A stretch of DNA of 64,000 nt from a virus. Every line of letters begins with the position of its first letter. Within the stretch, counting starts at the first letter, position 1. This document shows positions 49,038-59,139 of the stretch, one piece after another. Location: positions 9,638 to 73,637 of the IMG/VR virus record IMGVR_UViG_3300036670_000256; one strand, 5' to 3'. Below the pieces are notes generated by a model. It was not told the DNA's origin, made no database searches, and was given only the letters and a program-made list of their open reading frames with translations. The position numbers and the translations under genes are program-made.

Positions 49038-50462
49038 ATGAATTATGATTTTAAGCAAAGAGATAAAATAGAAAATTCAATTTTAGGTTGTATTATATCA
49101 GATATTAGAAATCCCGTTTTTGAGGGAAATCCAAAAGCTCTTTTCGAAAAGCATTATTTTTTAGAACCCACTTACTTTAGAACTAAATTTAATCAAGATT
49201 TGTTTGGTACATTCCTTACTTTATGGGATAAACAGATTGAGATTGATTTGACTACAGTATGTAGTTATTGTCCTCCAGAGTACAAGATTGGTAATTCGTT
49301 TAATAGTTTTCAAATGAACTGCATTACTTTAACTCAGAACATAAGTTCCGCTTATCATATTGAAAATTACATAATGCTTTTAAAGCAATATGTTTTGATG
49401 GATTTTTGGAATAAAAAATCTTCTGAAATACTTGATAACTATTGGGATGAGCGCGACGTAATTGATGTGGGTAAAAACATTGTTGATGCATATACTATGT
49501 TGTATTCTGAATTTAATAAAATAGGTAGCAATAGTACGGGTTTACAAAGTAAAAAAGAACAGCTTTTGTCTAAGCATCAGAAGGTTCAAAACGGAGAAGT
49601 GATTACGGTTCCTATACCAATTTTTGATATACAAATAGCGACTGGAGGTTGGCAACCATCAGAACTTACTATCATTGGCGCAAGACCGGGTATGGGTAAA
49701 ACAACTGTTGCTTTAATTTTAGCAAAATATGCTTCGTTTGATTATAAAGTTCCTGGTATTTTTATTTCATTAGAAATGAGTAAATACAGTTTGATGAATA
49801 GAATCATATCAGAACAAACCGGATTAGATTACAATGACATTAAGAATTTGAAGATTACCAAAGAAGAATTAAATTTAGTTATTCAATGGTATGATTATTT
49901 TGAGAACACTTCAGATTTAAAGATTTTTGATGTCAATGATTGTAGAACTCTTACAGATATAGTTTCTAAAATCGATTTATTGAAACCTAAATTTGTTTTT
50001 ATAGATTACTTACAATTGATTAAACTCGACAAAACAATTAATAAAAATGGGAACAGAGAACAAGAAGTTGGTGAAATTTCAAGAAACTTAAAACTTGCTG
50101 CACTTACTTACGATATTCCTATTATAGCTTTGTCGCAGCTTTCTAGAAAATGTGAAGATAGACCAGGTAAAAAACCGATGCTTTCTGATTTAAGAGAATC
50201 TGGTAGTTTAGAACAAGATGCTGATAATGTTTCTTTCTTTTTTAGAGAGGCGTATTATAAAGAAAAAGAAGGCCAAACAGTACCTAGTATAGAAAAAGGT
50301 AATTTGCTTTGGATTTGGGCTAAGGGTAGAGAAACAGTTACAGACAATTATGAATGTAATGTGAATTTTACCAAGTACACAATTACTAACGGGTTTTTGT
50401 ATCATGGAATTGACGATCAAGATGAAATATTAAATCTTCCGCCACCTCCTCCAAAAACATAA
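49038..50462 (+). CDS. dnaB: Replicative DNA helicase, DnaB family
   Basis: GARPGMGKT, SLEM, IDYLQL, LSQLSR, LRESGSLEQDAD. Confidence 0.95.
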   Translation: MNYDFKQRDKIENSILGCIISDIRNPVFEGNPKALFEKHYFLEPTYFRTKFNQDLFGTFLTLWDKQIEIDLTTVCSYCPPEYKIGNSFNSFQMNCITLTQNISSAYHIENYIMLLKQYVLMDFWNKKSSEILDNYWDERDVIDVGKNIVDAYTMLYSEFNKIGSNSTGLQSKKEQLLSKHQKVQNGEVITVPIPIFDIQIATGGWQPSELTIIGARPGMGKTTVALILAKYASFDYKVPGIFISLEMSKYSLMNRIISEQTGLDYNDIKNLKITKEELNLVIQWYDYFENTSDLKIFDVNDCRTLTDIVSKIDLLKPKFVFIDYLQLIKLDKTINKNGNREQEVGEISRNLKLAALTYDIPIIALSQLSRKCEDRPGKKPMLSDLRESGSLEQDADNVSFFFREAYYKEKEGQTVPSIEKGNLLWIWAKGRETVTDNYECNVNFTKYTITNGFLYHGIDDQDEILNLPPPPPKT

Positions 50463-50476
50463 CCACAAAAAAAAAT

Positions 50477-50522
50477 AAACAGCGCACTTGAAATTTTTTC
50501 AGGTGCGTTTTGTTTATATTTG
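50477..50522 (+). promoter_or_regulatory. Hairpin containing the operator core TGAAATTTTTTCA, followed by a TATATTTG promoter
   Basis: CGCACTTGAAA-TTT-TTTCAGGTGCG; -7 element at 50515-50522. Confidence 0.6.
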
Positions 50523-50553
50523 TACCATAATTACAAACATTTAAAATTAAAAT

Positions 50554-50835
50554 ATGGATACAAGTGATATTATAAAAGAATGTCATATTCTTTTAAAAAA
50601 AGAAAACCTTTCAGACAATCTGAAAGACAGCAAAAAAATGTTCTACATATTTCGTGATGTTATTACTTCAAACATTGCTAATGGTAAAAAAGTAGAAATT
50701 TTAAATTTGGGAATTTTTACAAGCATTTACCGATTGTGCATTGATCCTTCAGATTTACAAAAAGAAAAAGTTCAAAGATGGATAATTAAGTTTTCATCTT
50801 CGGTTTCTTTAAGAAGAAGAATCAATGGCAAATAA
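50554..50835 (+). CDS. HU/IHF-like DNA-binding protein
   Basis: IANGKKVEILNLGIF...IKFSSSVSLRRRIN. Confidence 0.7.
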   Translation: MDTSDIIKECHILLKKENLSDNLKDSKKMFYIFRDVITSNIANGKKVEILNLGIFTSIYRLCIDPSDLQKEKVQRWIIKFSSSVSLRRRINGK

Positions 50836-51178
50836 AGTAACTAGTAGGAATGTTGGAATAATTAGAAAAAAGGTTCTTTCAATAGCAGGTAAAAATATTT
50901 CTAAAGAGAAATACCTTGCGTTAATTGAAGACCAAGTTTTTAACGACTCAGATTTTAAAAGACAAATTTTAGAAACTTCTATAAAGCTAAAATTAGATTA
51001 TGATTTAGTAGACAATGTTATTAAAGATTTCATTTATACTGCATGTGATTTATTAGTAAAAGTCAAAAAGATTTCTAGAAGAATTAGTATAATCGGTTTT
51101 TTTTATATCGATATACTTGAAGTAAAATACAATGTAAATTCAGTTTACAATAAGAAAAATCATAGTAAAAACAATTAA
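50825..51178 (+). CDS. HU/IHF-like protein
   Basis: LVDNVIKDF...RISIIGFF pattern. Confidence 0.45.
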   Translation: MANKVTSRNVGIIRKKVLSIAGKNISKEKYLALIEDQVFNDSDFKRQILETSIKLKLDYDLVDNVIKDFIYTACDLLVKVKKISRRISIIGFFYIDILEVKYNVNSVYNKKNHSKNN

Positions 51179-51188
51179 ATTTTTAAAA

Positions 51189-52292
51189 ATGGAATCAAAC
51201 AATTTCACAGCGCCTCAAGGGCAAATGCAAAGTTCTTTTACAGCTCCCGAAAGTAATGGAGGAAAAGAAAAACGTTCGGATATACAATTGTTACCTCCTG
51301 GTCCAAACTCAGGTGTAATATTTTGTGTTGTAGATTTAGGAACTCACATGGAATCTTTCGGAAATCAAGAACCTAAAAAGACCAGAAAAATTAAAATTGG
51401 TTACGAACATCCTCAATTAAAACAATTGTTTTATGAAGAAGATACAGAAATTCGAAGTAGTTCTACATGGACAGAAGGTACTTATGCAGTAAACGAAAAG
51501 TCTAATTTAAGAAAACTTATTGAAGCTGTTTTAGGCAAAAAGATTTCTGATCAAGAAGCTTACAATTTTGATTTAAGTAAATTAATTGGAAGTAAAGTTT
51601 TGGTAAACGTTTCACACGTTCAAGGTAAAAAAGATCCTAGTAAATCTTATGAAAAGGTTTTAGGTGTTATGCACCATGGACAAATGCCATTGCCAGCAAA
51701 TTTTAATCCAATGTCGGACCAACAATTGTTTTCAATAGACAAGAATGGCGATAATTTTACAACTCAAAATTTTGCTACTTTGTTGCCTTTTCTTAAAAAG
51801 AAAATAATGGCTTCAGAAGAAGCAATCGCACATGCTAGACGTGGAGGAAAATTTGCTCATATTGATAATAGTGCTAGTGCAACAAATGCACAACAGACTA
51901 ATAATTATAATAACCAGCAACAAAGTCAACCGCAAAATTCTGGTCAAAACAACGGACAAAACTTTCCTCCTCAACAAGGTAATGGAATTAGAAAATTTGT
52001 ATTAACAGATAATTCTTATACTTTGGAATCGTGGAAATCTGCGGGTTGGAATGAAGAAACTTTAGTTCAAAATGGCAAAGGACATTTTGTAGAACCTACT
52101 CCGCCAAGCGCTCCGCAAGGACCACCAAGTCCTCAAAACTTACCTCAAGGACCACCAAGTCCACAAGGTCCACCTCAGATGCAACAACAGCAGAGTAATA
52201 ACGTTGCTCAGCCTAATCAAAATTCTGGTTTCCAATCAAATAGTGGTTTTAATTCAAATTCAAATGAAGAAGATGATGATATGCCTTTCTAA
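51189..52292 (+). CDS. Single-stranded DNA-binding protein
   Basis: OB-like N-terminus (PPG...VVDLGTH), Q/N/P-rich linker, acidic EEDDDMPF tail. Confidence 0.75.
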   Translation: MESNNFTAPQGQMQSSFTAPESNGGKEKRSDIQLLPPGPNSGVIFCVVDLGTHMESFGNQEPKKTRKIKIGYEHPQLKQLFYEEDTEIRSSSTWTEGTYAVNEKSNLRKLIEAVLGKKISDQEAYNFDLSKLIGSKVLVNVSHVQGKKDPSKSYEKVLGVMHHGQMPLPANFNPMSDQQLFSIDKNGDNFTTQNFATLLPFLKKKIMASEEAIAHARRGGKFAHIDNSASATNAQQTNNYNNQQQSQPQNSGQNNGQNFPPQQGNGIRKFVLTDNSYTLESWKSAGWNEETLVQNGKGHFVEPTPPSAPQGPPSPQNLPQGPPSPQGPPQMQQQQSNNVAQPNQNSGFQSNSGFNSNSNEEDDDMPF

Positions 52293-52694
52293 ATGAAAGA
52301 TTATTTGATGAAATTTCAAGAAGATGGTACAGTTACTTTCTTTGATGAAAAAGACAGAGTGTCCTACGGGACACTCTTATCTTCAATAAAGAATTCAAGC
52401 GATAGATTTATTATGACAATTTCAGTTTATCAAAAAGAGGGAATTTCTCAAAAACAGAAAAAGTTATTTAAAGTCTTGATTAATTTAATCGCTAGCGAAT
52501 CTGGTAACGATGTTGATACAATAGAGGAAACTTTATTAAATTCTTTTAGAAAAGGAATCCGCAGTTTGGAAGACTTTAACCATAAAGATTTTAGTGATTT
52601 TTTAGAATGGTCAGTTTTATTCTGCCAAGAATTTTTTGATGTCAATATTCAAATAAATGATAATTATAATTTTGAAGTAAAAAAAATTAAATAA
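52293..52694 (+). CDS. NinB/Orf-like recombination accessory protein
   Basis: SQKQKKLF...IASESG...SLEDFNHKDFSDFLE. Confidence 0.5.
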   Translation: MKDYLMKFQEDGTVTFFDEKDRVSYGTLLSSIKNSSDRFIMTISVYQKEGISQKQKKLFKVLINLIASESGNDVDTIEETLLNSFRKGIRSLEDFNHKDFSDFLEWSVLFCQEFFDVNIQINDNYNFEVKKIK

Positions 52695-52848
52695 ATGTAT
52701 ATATACACAGTAATAATTACTTTTTGTAAAATAGGTGCTATATGGTCAAGAAACATAATAGTTAGAAAAAGTTTTCAATCAGGTTCTAGCATCTTTTTGA
52801 TGTTAGCATTAATTGAAAGTAAAAACAATAAAAACACAACAGAACGAT

Positions 52849-54285
52849 ATGAACGAAAACAAAATAGAAAAGTTCACGCCAAGTCAGATAGAAGCGTTGA
52901 AACTTCTGGAGGCTTTTCTTTTAAGTCCACGCTCGAATAAAATACAAGACAGAGTTTTTGTTTTAAAAGGAATGGCTGGAACAGGCAAAACTACAATTAT
53001 CAGATATGCTTTAGAACTTCTTTTGGAAAAAGATAGAGCTAATATTGATAAATATTCTGAAACAGATATATTTAATACTCCAAAGGTAATAGGCGTAACT
53101 ATGTCACATAAGGCAAAAAACGTACTTTCCAACTCTTTACATGTTGTAAAAACTTTTGCGTCTTATTTTGGGCTAAAACAACAATATGCAGAAGATGGTT
53201 CAATTTCTTTTAAAAAAGATGATTGGCTTTCTAGAGATGCAGATTGTAATACTGCCGTTGAAGTAGTAGTTCACGATGAATGTTCCATGTACGATGAAGA
53301 AATGGATAAAATGGTAGAAACAGATACTCACCCATATTGTAAAATTATTTACATGGGTGATCCTGGTCAACTACCACCTATAAGTACAAAAGGAGATTTG
53401 GATAGTCCAATATTTTCTAAGTACAAAAACAATTTCGAATTGAAGGAACGCTGCAGACAAGAAAAAGGAAATCCAATTGTTGAATTATCGGACTTTATTT
53501 ATCATGAAATATTTAGAGATTTTGACGAAAACAATGATAATAGATTAAGTACTGTTTTGTCGCACATTAAGAAAACTAATTTGATTGATAATAAAGGTTA
53601 TGAAACTATTACTTACAATGAGTTTTTAAAGCATTACAAAGAAAATACTAAAGATTATTTTCAATCTAAAGTAATTGCTTATCGTCGAGATCGAGTAGAA
53701 TTTTTTAACGAAACAATTAGAAAATTTGTGCATCAAAATCCTAACAAGAAATTTATTGATAATGAATTGTTTTACATGAATTCTTCTTTTCAAAACAAAA
53801 TTAAAGGAGACAAACATCCAAAATACATTTGTTTTAATTCAGACGAATATCAAATACTTTCTGTAAAAGAAGCTGTAATTGATGAAATTGATGTTTACCT
53901 TTTGTATATCGATACAAAAGGTCATAAGCATTTAGAATCAATACAATCACCTTACGTTCCAGTAGTTTCTGAAAAAGGAATAGTAGCTTTTAAAAAAGCT
54001 GCAAATGCTAGAAAGTATTATGCAACGAATGCTTATGGTTCCAAAAAAGGACAAGCATGGAAATATTACTATGATTACATAGGTCAATTCGGCGACGTAG
54101 CTTATGCTTATTGTTATACCGGACACAAAGCTCAAGGTTCTGGTTTTGATTTTGTTTACATTGATGTAAACGATATTATAACAGTTGGTCCAATTTCTAA
54201 CAAAAGAAAATTACAAGCTATTTATACTGCCTTAACTAGAGCAAAAATTAGAGCAACTTTTTTAAAATCAAATAACAATGAGTAA
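52849..54285 (+). CDS. SF1B helicase, Dda/RecD-like
   Basis: GMAGTGKT, DECSM, GDPGQLPP, HKAQGS, YTALTRA. Confidence 0.9.
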   Translation: MNENKIEKFTPSQIEALKLLEAFLLSPRSNKIQDRVFVLKGMAGTGKTTIIRYALELLLEKDRANIDKYSETDIFNTPKVIGVTMSHKAKNVLSNSLHVVKTFASYFGLKQQYAEDGSISFKKDDWLSRDADCNTAVEVVVHDECSMYDEEMDKMVETDTHPYCKIIYMGDPGQLPPISTKGDLDSPIFSKYKNNFELKERCRQEKGNPIVELSDFIYHEIFRDFDENNDNRLSTVLSHIKKTNLIDNKGYETITYNEFLKHYKENTKDYFQSKVIAYRRDRVEFFNETIRKFVHQNPNKKFIDNELFYMNSSFQNKIKGDKHPKYICFNSDEYQILSVKEAVIDEIDVYLLYIDTKGHKHLESIQSPYVPVVSEKGIVAFKKAANARKYYATNAYGSKKGQAWKYYYDYIGQFGDVAYAYCYTGHKAQGSGFDFVYIDVNDIITVGPISNKRKLQAIYTALTRAKIRATFLKSNNNE

Positions 54286-54637
54286 ACTAGATGGTAAACC
54301 AGAGATTGCAATCGTAAAAACGATTGAGCAAGAGAAAAGATTTGAAATGACATTTAAAATGATTTTTGAAGAACTTAAAGCTAAAGCTTATGATGATGAA
54401 AAAAAACTTCTTAAAGATGCAGAAGAAGGTTCTAAATTAAATTCTAAAGGAAGATATAATTTGCTATTCCCTATTTTAGAAAGTGTTAAAATTAATGATT
54501 GGGAAAAATTAAATGAAGAAGCTGATTTAGTTGATTTAAAAATTTCTAATTATTCTGCAAATATCAGAAATGCAATTATTGAATTGCACACATTATGTTT
54601 AATCAATAAACAATTATACGATGAAAAGAATTTATAA
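54278..54637 (+). CDS. Hypothetical protein
   Basis: Overlapping operon ORF. Confidence 0.6.
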   Translation: MSKLDGKPEIAIVKTIEQEKRFEMTFKMIFEELKAKAYDDEKKLLKDAEEGSKLNSKGRYNLLFPILESVKINDWEKLNEEADLVDLKISNYSANIRNAIIELHTLCLINKQLYDEKNL

Positions 54638-54941
54638 AGTATCGGTGACTCAACTTTTTACTAAAGAAATTGAAGTTGTTTTTGAAAAAGGTCTTTTTAC
54701 TGAAAATGGCAATGAATTTAAATTACTAGAGTTAATTAAAGAAAAAACTTTAAACTTTAGTCAAGAAGAACGTAAAGGAGAAGTTTTAATTGAAGTGAAA
54801 AAAAATGTTTCTGTTTTGGAAGAACTTGAAAAAATGATTACAAGACAATATTTAATTTGCGATAAAGAAAACAGCGAATTTATTGATTTAGAATTTTTGT
54901 TTTTCTTAGAAGAAAGATATAAAAGACTGCAGTATGTTTAA
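54621..54941 (+). CDS. Hypothetical protein
   Basis: Overlapping operon ORF. Confidence 0.6.
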   Translation: MKRIYKVSVTQLFTKEIEVVFEKGLFTENGNEFKLLELIKEKTLNFSQEERKGEVLIEVKKNVSVLEELEKMITRQYLICDKENSEFIDLEFLFFLEERYKRLQYV

Positions 54942-55824
54942 CAGCGAAAACAGTTTTAGTTTTGAATCTGCTTCTCCTAAACTTAGCACTGGCAGAGTGT
55001 GTTTAATTGATGCTGATTATGTGAAATATATAATTACATCTAGATTACATAAAGAATATGAAAAATCTCAAATTAGTGGAATTGCAGAAATTTATGTAAA
55101 AGAAGAACCTGTAATTGCTTACACAAAAGAATGGGTAAATGATTGGTTTATGAAAATTGAAGATCCGATTGTTTTTTGTTTTTCTGGAAAATCCTATAAC
55201 ACATTTCGTATGCATATTGCTATGGAAAAAGAGTACAAAGGAAACAGAAAAAAAGATTACAGTGAGTATCCTACAAAAATGGAAGACATGAATACTATCA
55301 TGAAATACATTCAAGATAATTATTCGACTTTATTGTTTTCTGAATTAGAAGCTGATGATGTTGTTTCAATGTTACAAGACAAAGAAAATACTTATATCGC
55401 ATCTAAGGATAAGGATTTAAAACAAGTACCAGGATATCATTATGATTGGGAAAGTAATTCTATTTATGAAATTAGTAACGAAGATGCTTTGTATAATTTG
55501 TCGTTACAATTATTAATGGGAGATAACACAGATAACATTCCTGGTATTAAAGGAATGGGAGAAGTTGGTGCTTTAAAATTTTTGTCGGAAGTAGTAGACC
55601 AAAATGGTAAACTAGCGCCAAAAAGTTTTATTGGAAAAATATTGAAAAAATACCAAACTACTTATGGTATATTCAAAGGAACTGATGCATTCACAGAAAT
55701 GTGGATGTTACTAAAAATGAGAGAAAATCGAGGAACAGAGTTTTTAAAAAAATATCAAAGGATGTTTGACTTAAAAGAATCGATGTTATTGGAAATTCAA
55801 AAAAGAAAACTTTTAAATCAATAG
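54934..55824 (+). CDS. 5'-3' exonuclease / flap endonuclease (T7 gp6/T4 RNase H-like)
   Basis: LIDAD, YKGNRK, EADD, DKDLKQVPG, GDNTDNIPG. Confidence 0.92.
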   Translation: MFNSENSFSFESASPKLSTGRVCLIDADYVKYIITSRLHKEYEKSQISGIAEIYVKEEPVIAYTKEWVNDWFMKIEDPIVFCFSGKSYNTFRMHIAMEKEYKGNRKKDYSEYPTKMEDMNTIMKYIQDNYSTLLFSELEADDVVSMLQDKENTYIASKDKDLKQVPGYHYDWESNSIYEISNEDALYNLSLQLLMGDNTDNIPGIKGMGEVGALKFLSEVVDQNGKLAPKSFIGKILKKYQTTYGIFKGTDAFTEMWMLLKMRENRGTEFLKKYQRMFDLKESMLLEIQKRKLLNQ

Positions 55825-55857
55825 ATGAAATTATTTCATCTAACTATTGTAAATTTG
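55822..55857 (+). promoter_or_regulatory. Perfect 21-bp operator palindrome plus TAAATTTG promoter element
   Basis: TAGATGAAAT-T-ATTTCATCTA (55822-55842); TAAATTTG (55850-55857). Confidence 0.65.
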
Positions 55858-55877
55858 TAAAACAAAATAATTTAATT

Positions 55878-57119
55878 ATGGCAACAGAAAAAAAGAAGAA
55901 AGAAGAAGTTTTAGAAGTAGAATTTATTTTTACTCCAGAACAATTAAAGAACAATCCTGATATTGCTTCTCACTATGATGAAAAAAGTCAGAAGATAAAT
56001 TACTCACTTGGAGATAATACTCCAAAAGATTTTAGAGAAGAATTGTTGGGTTTCATGGAAAACTCTAATGCTAAAGAAATTATTTCTTTTAATCCAATTA
56101 TGGAAGCATTGGTAACTCTAAACGATTTTAAGTCTTTAGAGTATAAGATTGGTTGTAAAGAATCAATTCAAGAATATAAAGATGCCAAAAAATTTATTGG
56201 TTCTTTTAATACTGGATTGACTGCGGCAAAGAAAACTTTAAAAGATCCGCATATTGAGTACAACAAAAAAGTAGATAAGCTTTACAACTTTTTTAAAGAT
56301 GAATCCGAAAACACTAAGTCTGCTTTAGATAATGGTTTTGAATTGTATTTATTAGAAGAAGAAGAAAAGAAGAAAGTTATTGAACAAAAAAAGAAAGCTA
56401 TTGAATTGGCAAGAATTGCAGAGTTAGAAAAATCTAACGAAGAAAATTCAAAAAAGATTGCTGCACAACACTTTCAAACTAGAATTTTAGAAATAGAATC
56501 TAAAATTAATAGTATTTTTTTCGAAGTAAATACTACTGCACCATCTTCAAACAAAGAAGGTTTGAATTTATTATCAAATAAAATAAGTCAATATAATTTT
56601 GAAGACTTGTTTTTGGAAAAAGACAATTTTAATGAAGAACAAAAAAATAACTTTAGAATCAAGTTTGATAGTTCTATTAAAAATAGTGGCATTACTATTA
56701 ATACTTTCATTAAAGCTTTGGATCTTGAACAAGATAATCTAAAACTAAACAATGAAAAAACCGTTTTACAGTCCAATAACGAAACACTTCAAGCAAAGTT
56801 ACCTAGTTCATTAGATAGTGGTCCAGAGGACATGCCGTTTGAACCTGCGGTTATTAATTTAAATACTCCACACGTTTTAAATAACGATTTGGAAAAATTA
56901 GAGTTAATGGTAAATGAGCTTATCGCATTGAAAGCTTGTGTTGAGGATAAAACAAATATTTTAAAATCTATAGGTTTTGAAGATAGAGAATTGACTAAAA
57001 TTCAATTTAAAGTTACAGAGAACTCTTTACCTCAATTGAATGAATGGTGTTTTAAATTAGTTAATTGGTCTACCCAGAAACTAAATGTTTACAAAGAATT
57101 TTTAACAACTAATAAATAA
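55878..57119 (+). CDS. Long coiled-coil protein (DUF1351/Gam-like)
   Basis: KKTLKDPHIEYNKKVD coiled-coil pattern. Confidence 0.5.
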   Translation: MATEKKKKEEVLEVEFIFTPEQLKNNPDIASHYDEKSQKINYSLGDNTPKDFREELLGFMENSNAKEIISFNPIMEALVTLNDFKSLEYKIGCKESIQEYKDAKKFIGSFNTGLTAAKKTLKDPHIEYNKKVDKLYNFFKDESENTKSALDNGFELYLLEEEEKKKVIEQKKKAIELARIAELEKSNEENSKKIAAQHFQTRILEIESKINSIFFEVNTTAPSSNKEGLNLLSNKISQYNFEDLFLEKDNFNEEQKNNFRIKFDSSIKNSGITINTFIKALDLEQDNLKLNNEKTVLQSNNETLQAKLPSSLDSGPEDMPFEPAVINLNTPHVLNNDLEKLELMVNELIALKACVEDKTNILKSIGFEDRELTKIQFKVTENSLPQLNEWCFKLVNWSTQKLNVYKEFLTTNK

Positions 57120-57125
57120 TAAATT

Positions 57126-57773
57126 ATGCTTTTTAAATTGCCAAAATTGAACACCCTAGTTTCAAACAGTAAAAAACTAGAAGAAGATGATCAAAGACAA
57201 TTCATTCACGTTATCAACGGTTATGGTATTGTTTCAAACGAAATTGTTGCAGTTGTAGATTTAAGAGAATATGTTAAATCTCAATGCAAGATTAGTGAAG
57301 ATGATCAACTTGAAACTTTAAAAGAAATTTTAGATTTTATGGAAGGTAAATCTTTTACAAAGGACTTTTGGTCAGAATTAATTGTAGAGAATTTTGTTAG
57401 ATTAAATGGACAGGGAAATCTTAATATAGAAAATCAAAACTATAATAAGATTTTAGTTTACGACCATATCGAAACAGACACTTTACAAGCTTTTACTTTT
57501 ATTACTGATAACATTGATAGAGAAGGTAAAAGCGTTCAAAGAATTGCTTTTGATGGAAAGATTATTGATTCTTTAAACAAAGCTTTCAAAAGTGAATTAT
57601 CAAATGACTCTTTGTTAATTGAATTTACCGGACAACAAAATTCGGCGAAATTTCAGTTAACCAAAAAAGATTACATTTTTGGATTATTGCCGACAAATTA
57701 TAATTCGGCAAACGAGATCACTTCTTTTTTGCAAAACGAATTGTTTAAAAAAACCTTGTTAAGTAGTATCTAA
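57126..57773 (+). CDS. Possible sliding-clamp (Pol III beta)-like protein
   Basis: C-terminal IAFDGKIIDSLNKAF...LIEF...IFGLLP resembles beta-clamp repeats. Confidence 0.35.
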   Translation: MLFKLPKLNTLVSNSKKLEEDDQRQFIHVINGYGIVSNEIVAVVDLREYVKSQCKISEDDQLETLKEILDFMEGKSFTKDFWSELIVENFVRLNGQGNLNIENQNYNKILVYDHIETDTLQAFTFITDNIDREGKSVQRIAFDGKIIDSLNKAFKSELSNDSLLIEFTGQQNSAKFQLTKKDYIFGLLPTNYNSANEITSFLQNELFKKTLLSSI

Positions 57774-57783
57774 TAATTAACTT

Positions 57784-57811
57784 AAAGCCAATCAGAAACG
57801 GTTGGCTTTTT
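57784..57811 (+). terminator. Intrinsic terminator
   Basis: AAAGCCAATC-AGAAAC-GGTTGGCTTTTT. Confidence 0.7.
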
Positions 57812-57824
57812 AATTACAATAAAA

Positions 57825-58493
57825 ATGAGTACAGAAATTAATGATTACGAAAGGTATTTTGAATGGTGGTTAAAAGAATTAAAAGATGTTGGTTTGGTTC
57901 TAAGTTATGAAAGAGAACCAGAACCATTTATTCTAAGGTCCAATTTACCTATATATTATCATCAGCATTATGCTACAAAAGGACCGATTGTAAAAAATTG
58001 GAATCTTTTTAATCCTATAACTTATACTGCAGATTACAGAGTAATATTTTCTTTTAAACTTGCATCTAAATTATTTGGTATTGTTTCTAAAAAAGACAAA
58101 ACGTTATATGATTTAGATTATAAAAAACCAGGTTCTGTTTATCAAGAAACTTTGTTTTATTCTGTTGTTGAAATTAGAGACAAAGGATTTATATCAGAAG
58201 GTGTTGAGGTTTGGTTTGATGTTAAACCTCCAGCAAAAGCAATACAGTTTTCGGGAAAACTTGGTAGTTCTAGAGAGTTTCCATACAACCAAAGATTGGT
58301 TTACGAGGAATACGATAAGATTGTAAATAAAGTAGTTCCTATTGGAGTTTCTACTTGTTTATTTGCAAAAACTTTTTTACCTGAAAGGTATTTATATACT
58401 GACAAATCGGGCGCACCCAGAAAACTAAAGCCTTATGAACAAAAGGCAAAAACATTGAAACAATATTTAGAATTAAAACAAATTGAATTATAA
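57825..58493 (+). CDS. PD-(D/E)xK-like nuclease
   Basis: YEREPEPF...ITYTADY...WFDVK. Confidence 0.55.
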   Translation: MSTEINDYERYFEWWLKELKDVGLVLSYEREPEPFILRSNLPIYYHQHYATKGPIVKNWNLFNPITYTADYRVIFSFKLASKLFGIVSKKDKTLYDLDYKKPGSVYQETLFYSVVEIRDKGFISEGVEVWFDVKPPAKAIQFSGKLGSSREFPYNQRLVYEEYDKIVNKVVPIGVSTCLFAKTFLPERYLYTDKSGAPRKLKPYEQKAKTLKQYLELKQIEL

Positions 58494-58496
58494 ATC

Positions 58497-58527
58497 AAAA
58501 AGCTAATCTTAACTGATTAGCTTTTTT
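58497..58527 (+). terminator. Intrinsic terminator
   Basis: AAAAGCTAATC-TTAACT-GATTAGCTTTTTT. Confidence 0.75.
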
Positions 58528-58540
58528 TAAATTAAAAATT

Positions 58541-59137
58541 ATGTCACAATTAAATCCATTTCAAGAAACAATTAAAAGTTATTTAGAAAAACGTGCAGAA
58601 GAAGATTCTCTTTTTGCTATAACGTATAAAAAAGAAAATAAAAGCATTGAAGAATGTTGTAATTACGTTATTAAATGTGCAGAACAAGGCGGTTTAAAAG
58701 GTTATACGGATCAACAAGTTTTTGGTTGGGCAGTTCATTATTACGATGAAGATACTATCAAAAACATTAAAGAAATTAAATGCCAAGTAGTAGTGAATAG
58801 AGAAGTAGAACTTACTGAAGAAGAAAAATCTGAGCTGCGAATTAAAGCAATTGAAATTGCTACTAGAGAAAAGTCCGAAGAAATTAAAAAAGATTTAATA
58901 GTCAATATTGAACTTTCTGCAGAAGAAATTGAAGAAGCAAAAAAGAAAGCAATTGATAAAGTCTTTGAAGAACAGAAAGCAAAAATGGTTGAAAAGAAAA
59001 AATCTAATTTAGAATTAGCTAAAAAAAAGCAATATACAATTGGAACTTTGATTCCTGATGAAGTTAAGAAAGTTGAAAAAAATGTTAAACAAATTGAACC
59101 AGTAGTAAATTCTAATGGTCAAATTTCATTCTTTTAA
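58541..59137 (+). CDS. pcfK: PcfK-like protein (family includes AcrIIA9)
   Basis: FQETIKSYLEKRAEEDSLFA...KSIEECCNY...VFGWAVHYYDED. Confidence 0.85.
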   Translation: MSQLNPFQETIKSYLEKRAEEDSLFAITYKKENKSIEECCNYVIKCAEQGGLKGYTDQQVFGWAVHYYDEDTIKNIKEIKCQVVVNREVELTEEEKSELRIKAIEIATREKSEEIKKDLIVNIELSAEEIEEAKKKAIDKVFEEQKAKMVEKKKSNLELAKKKQYTIGTLIPDEVKKVEKNVKQIEPVVNSNGQISFF

Positions 59138-59139
59138 TT

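Noticed and set aside
52090-52200. CAAGGACCACCAAGT repeats in the SSB gene
   Set aside because: They simply encode the PQGPPS low-complexity linker.
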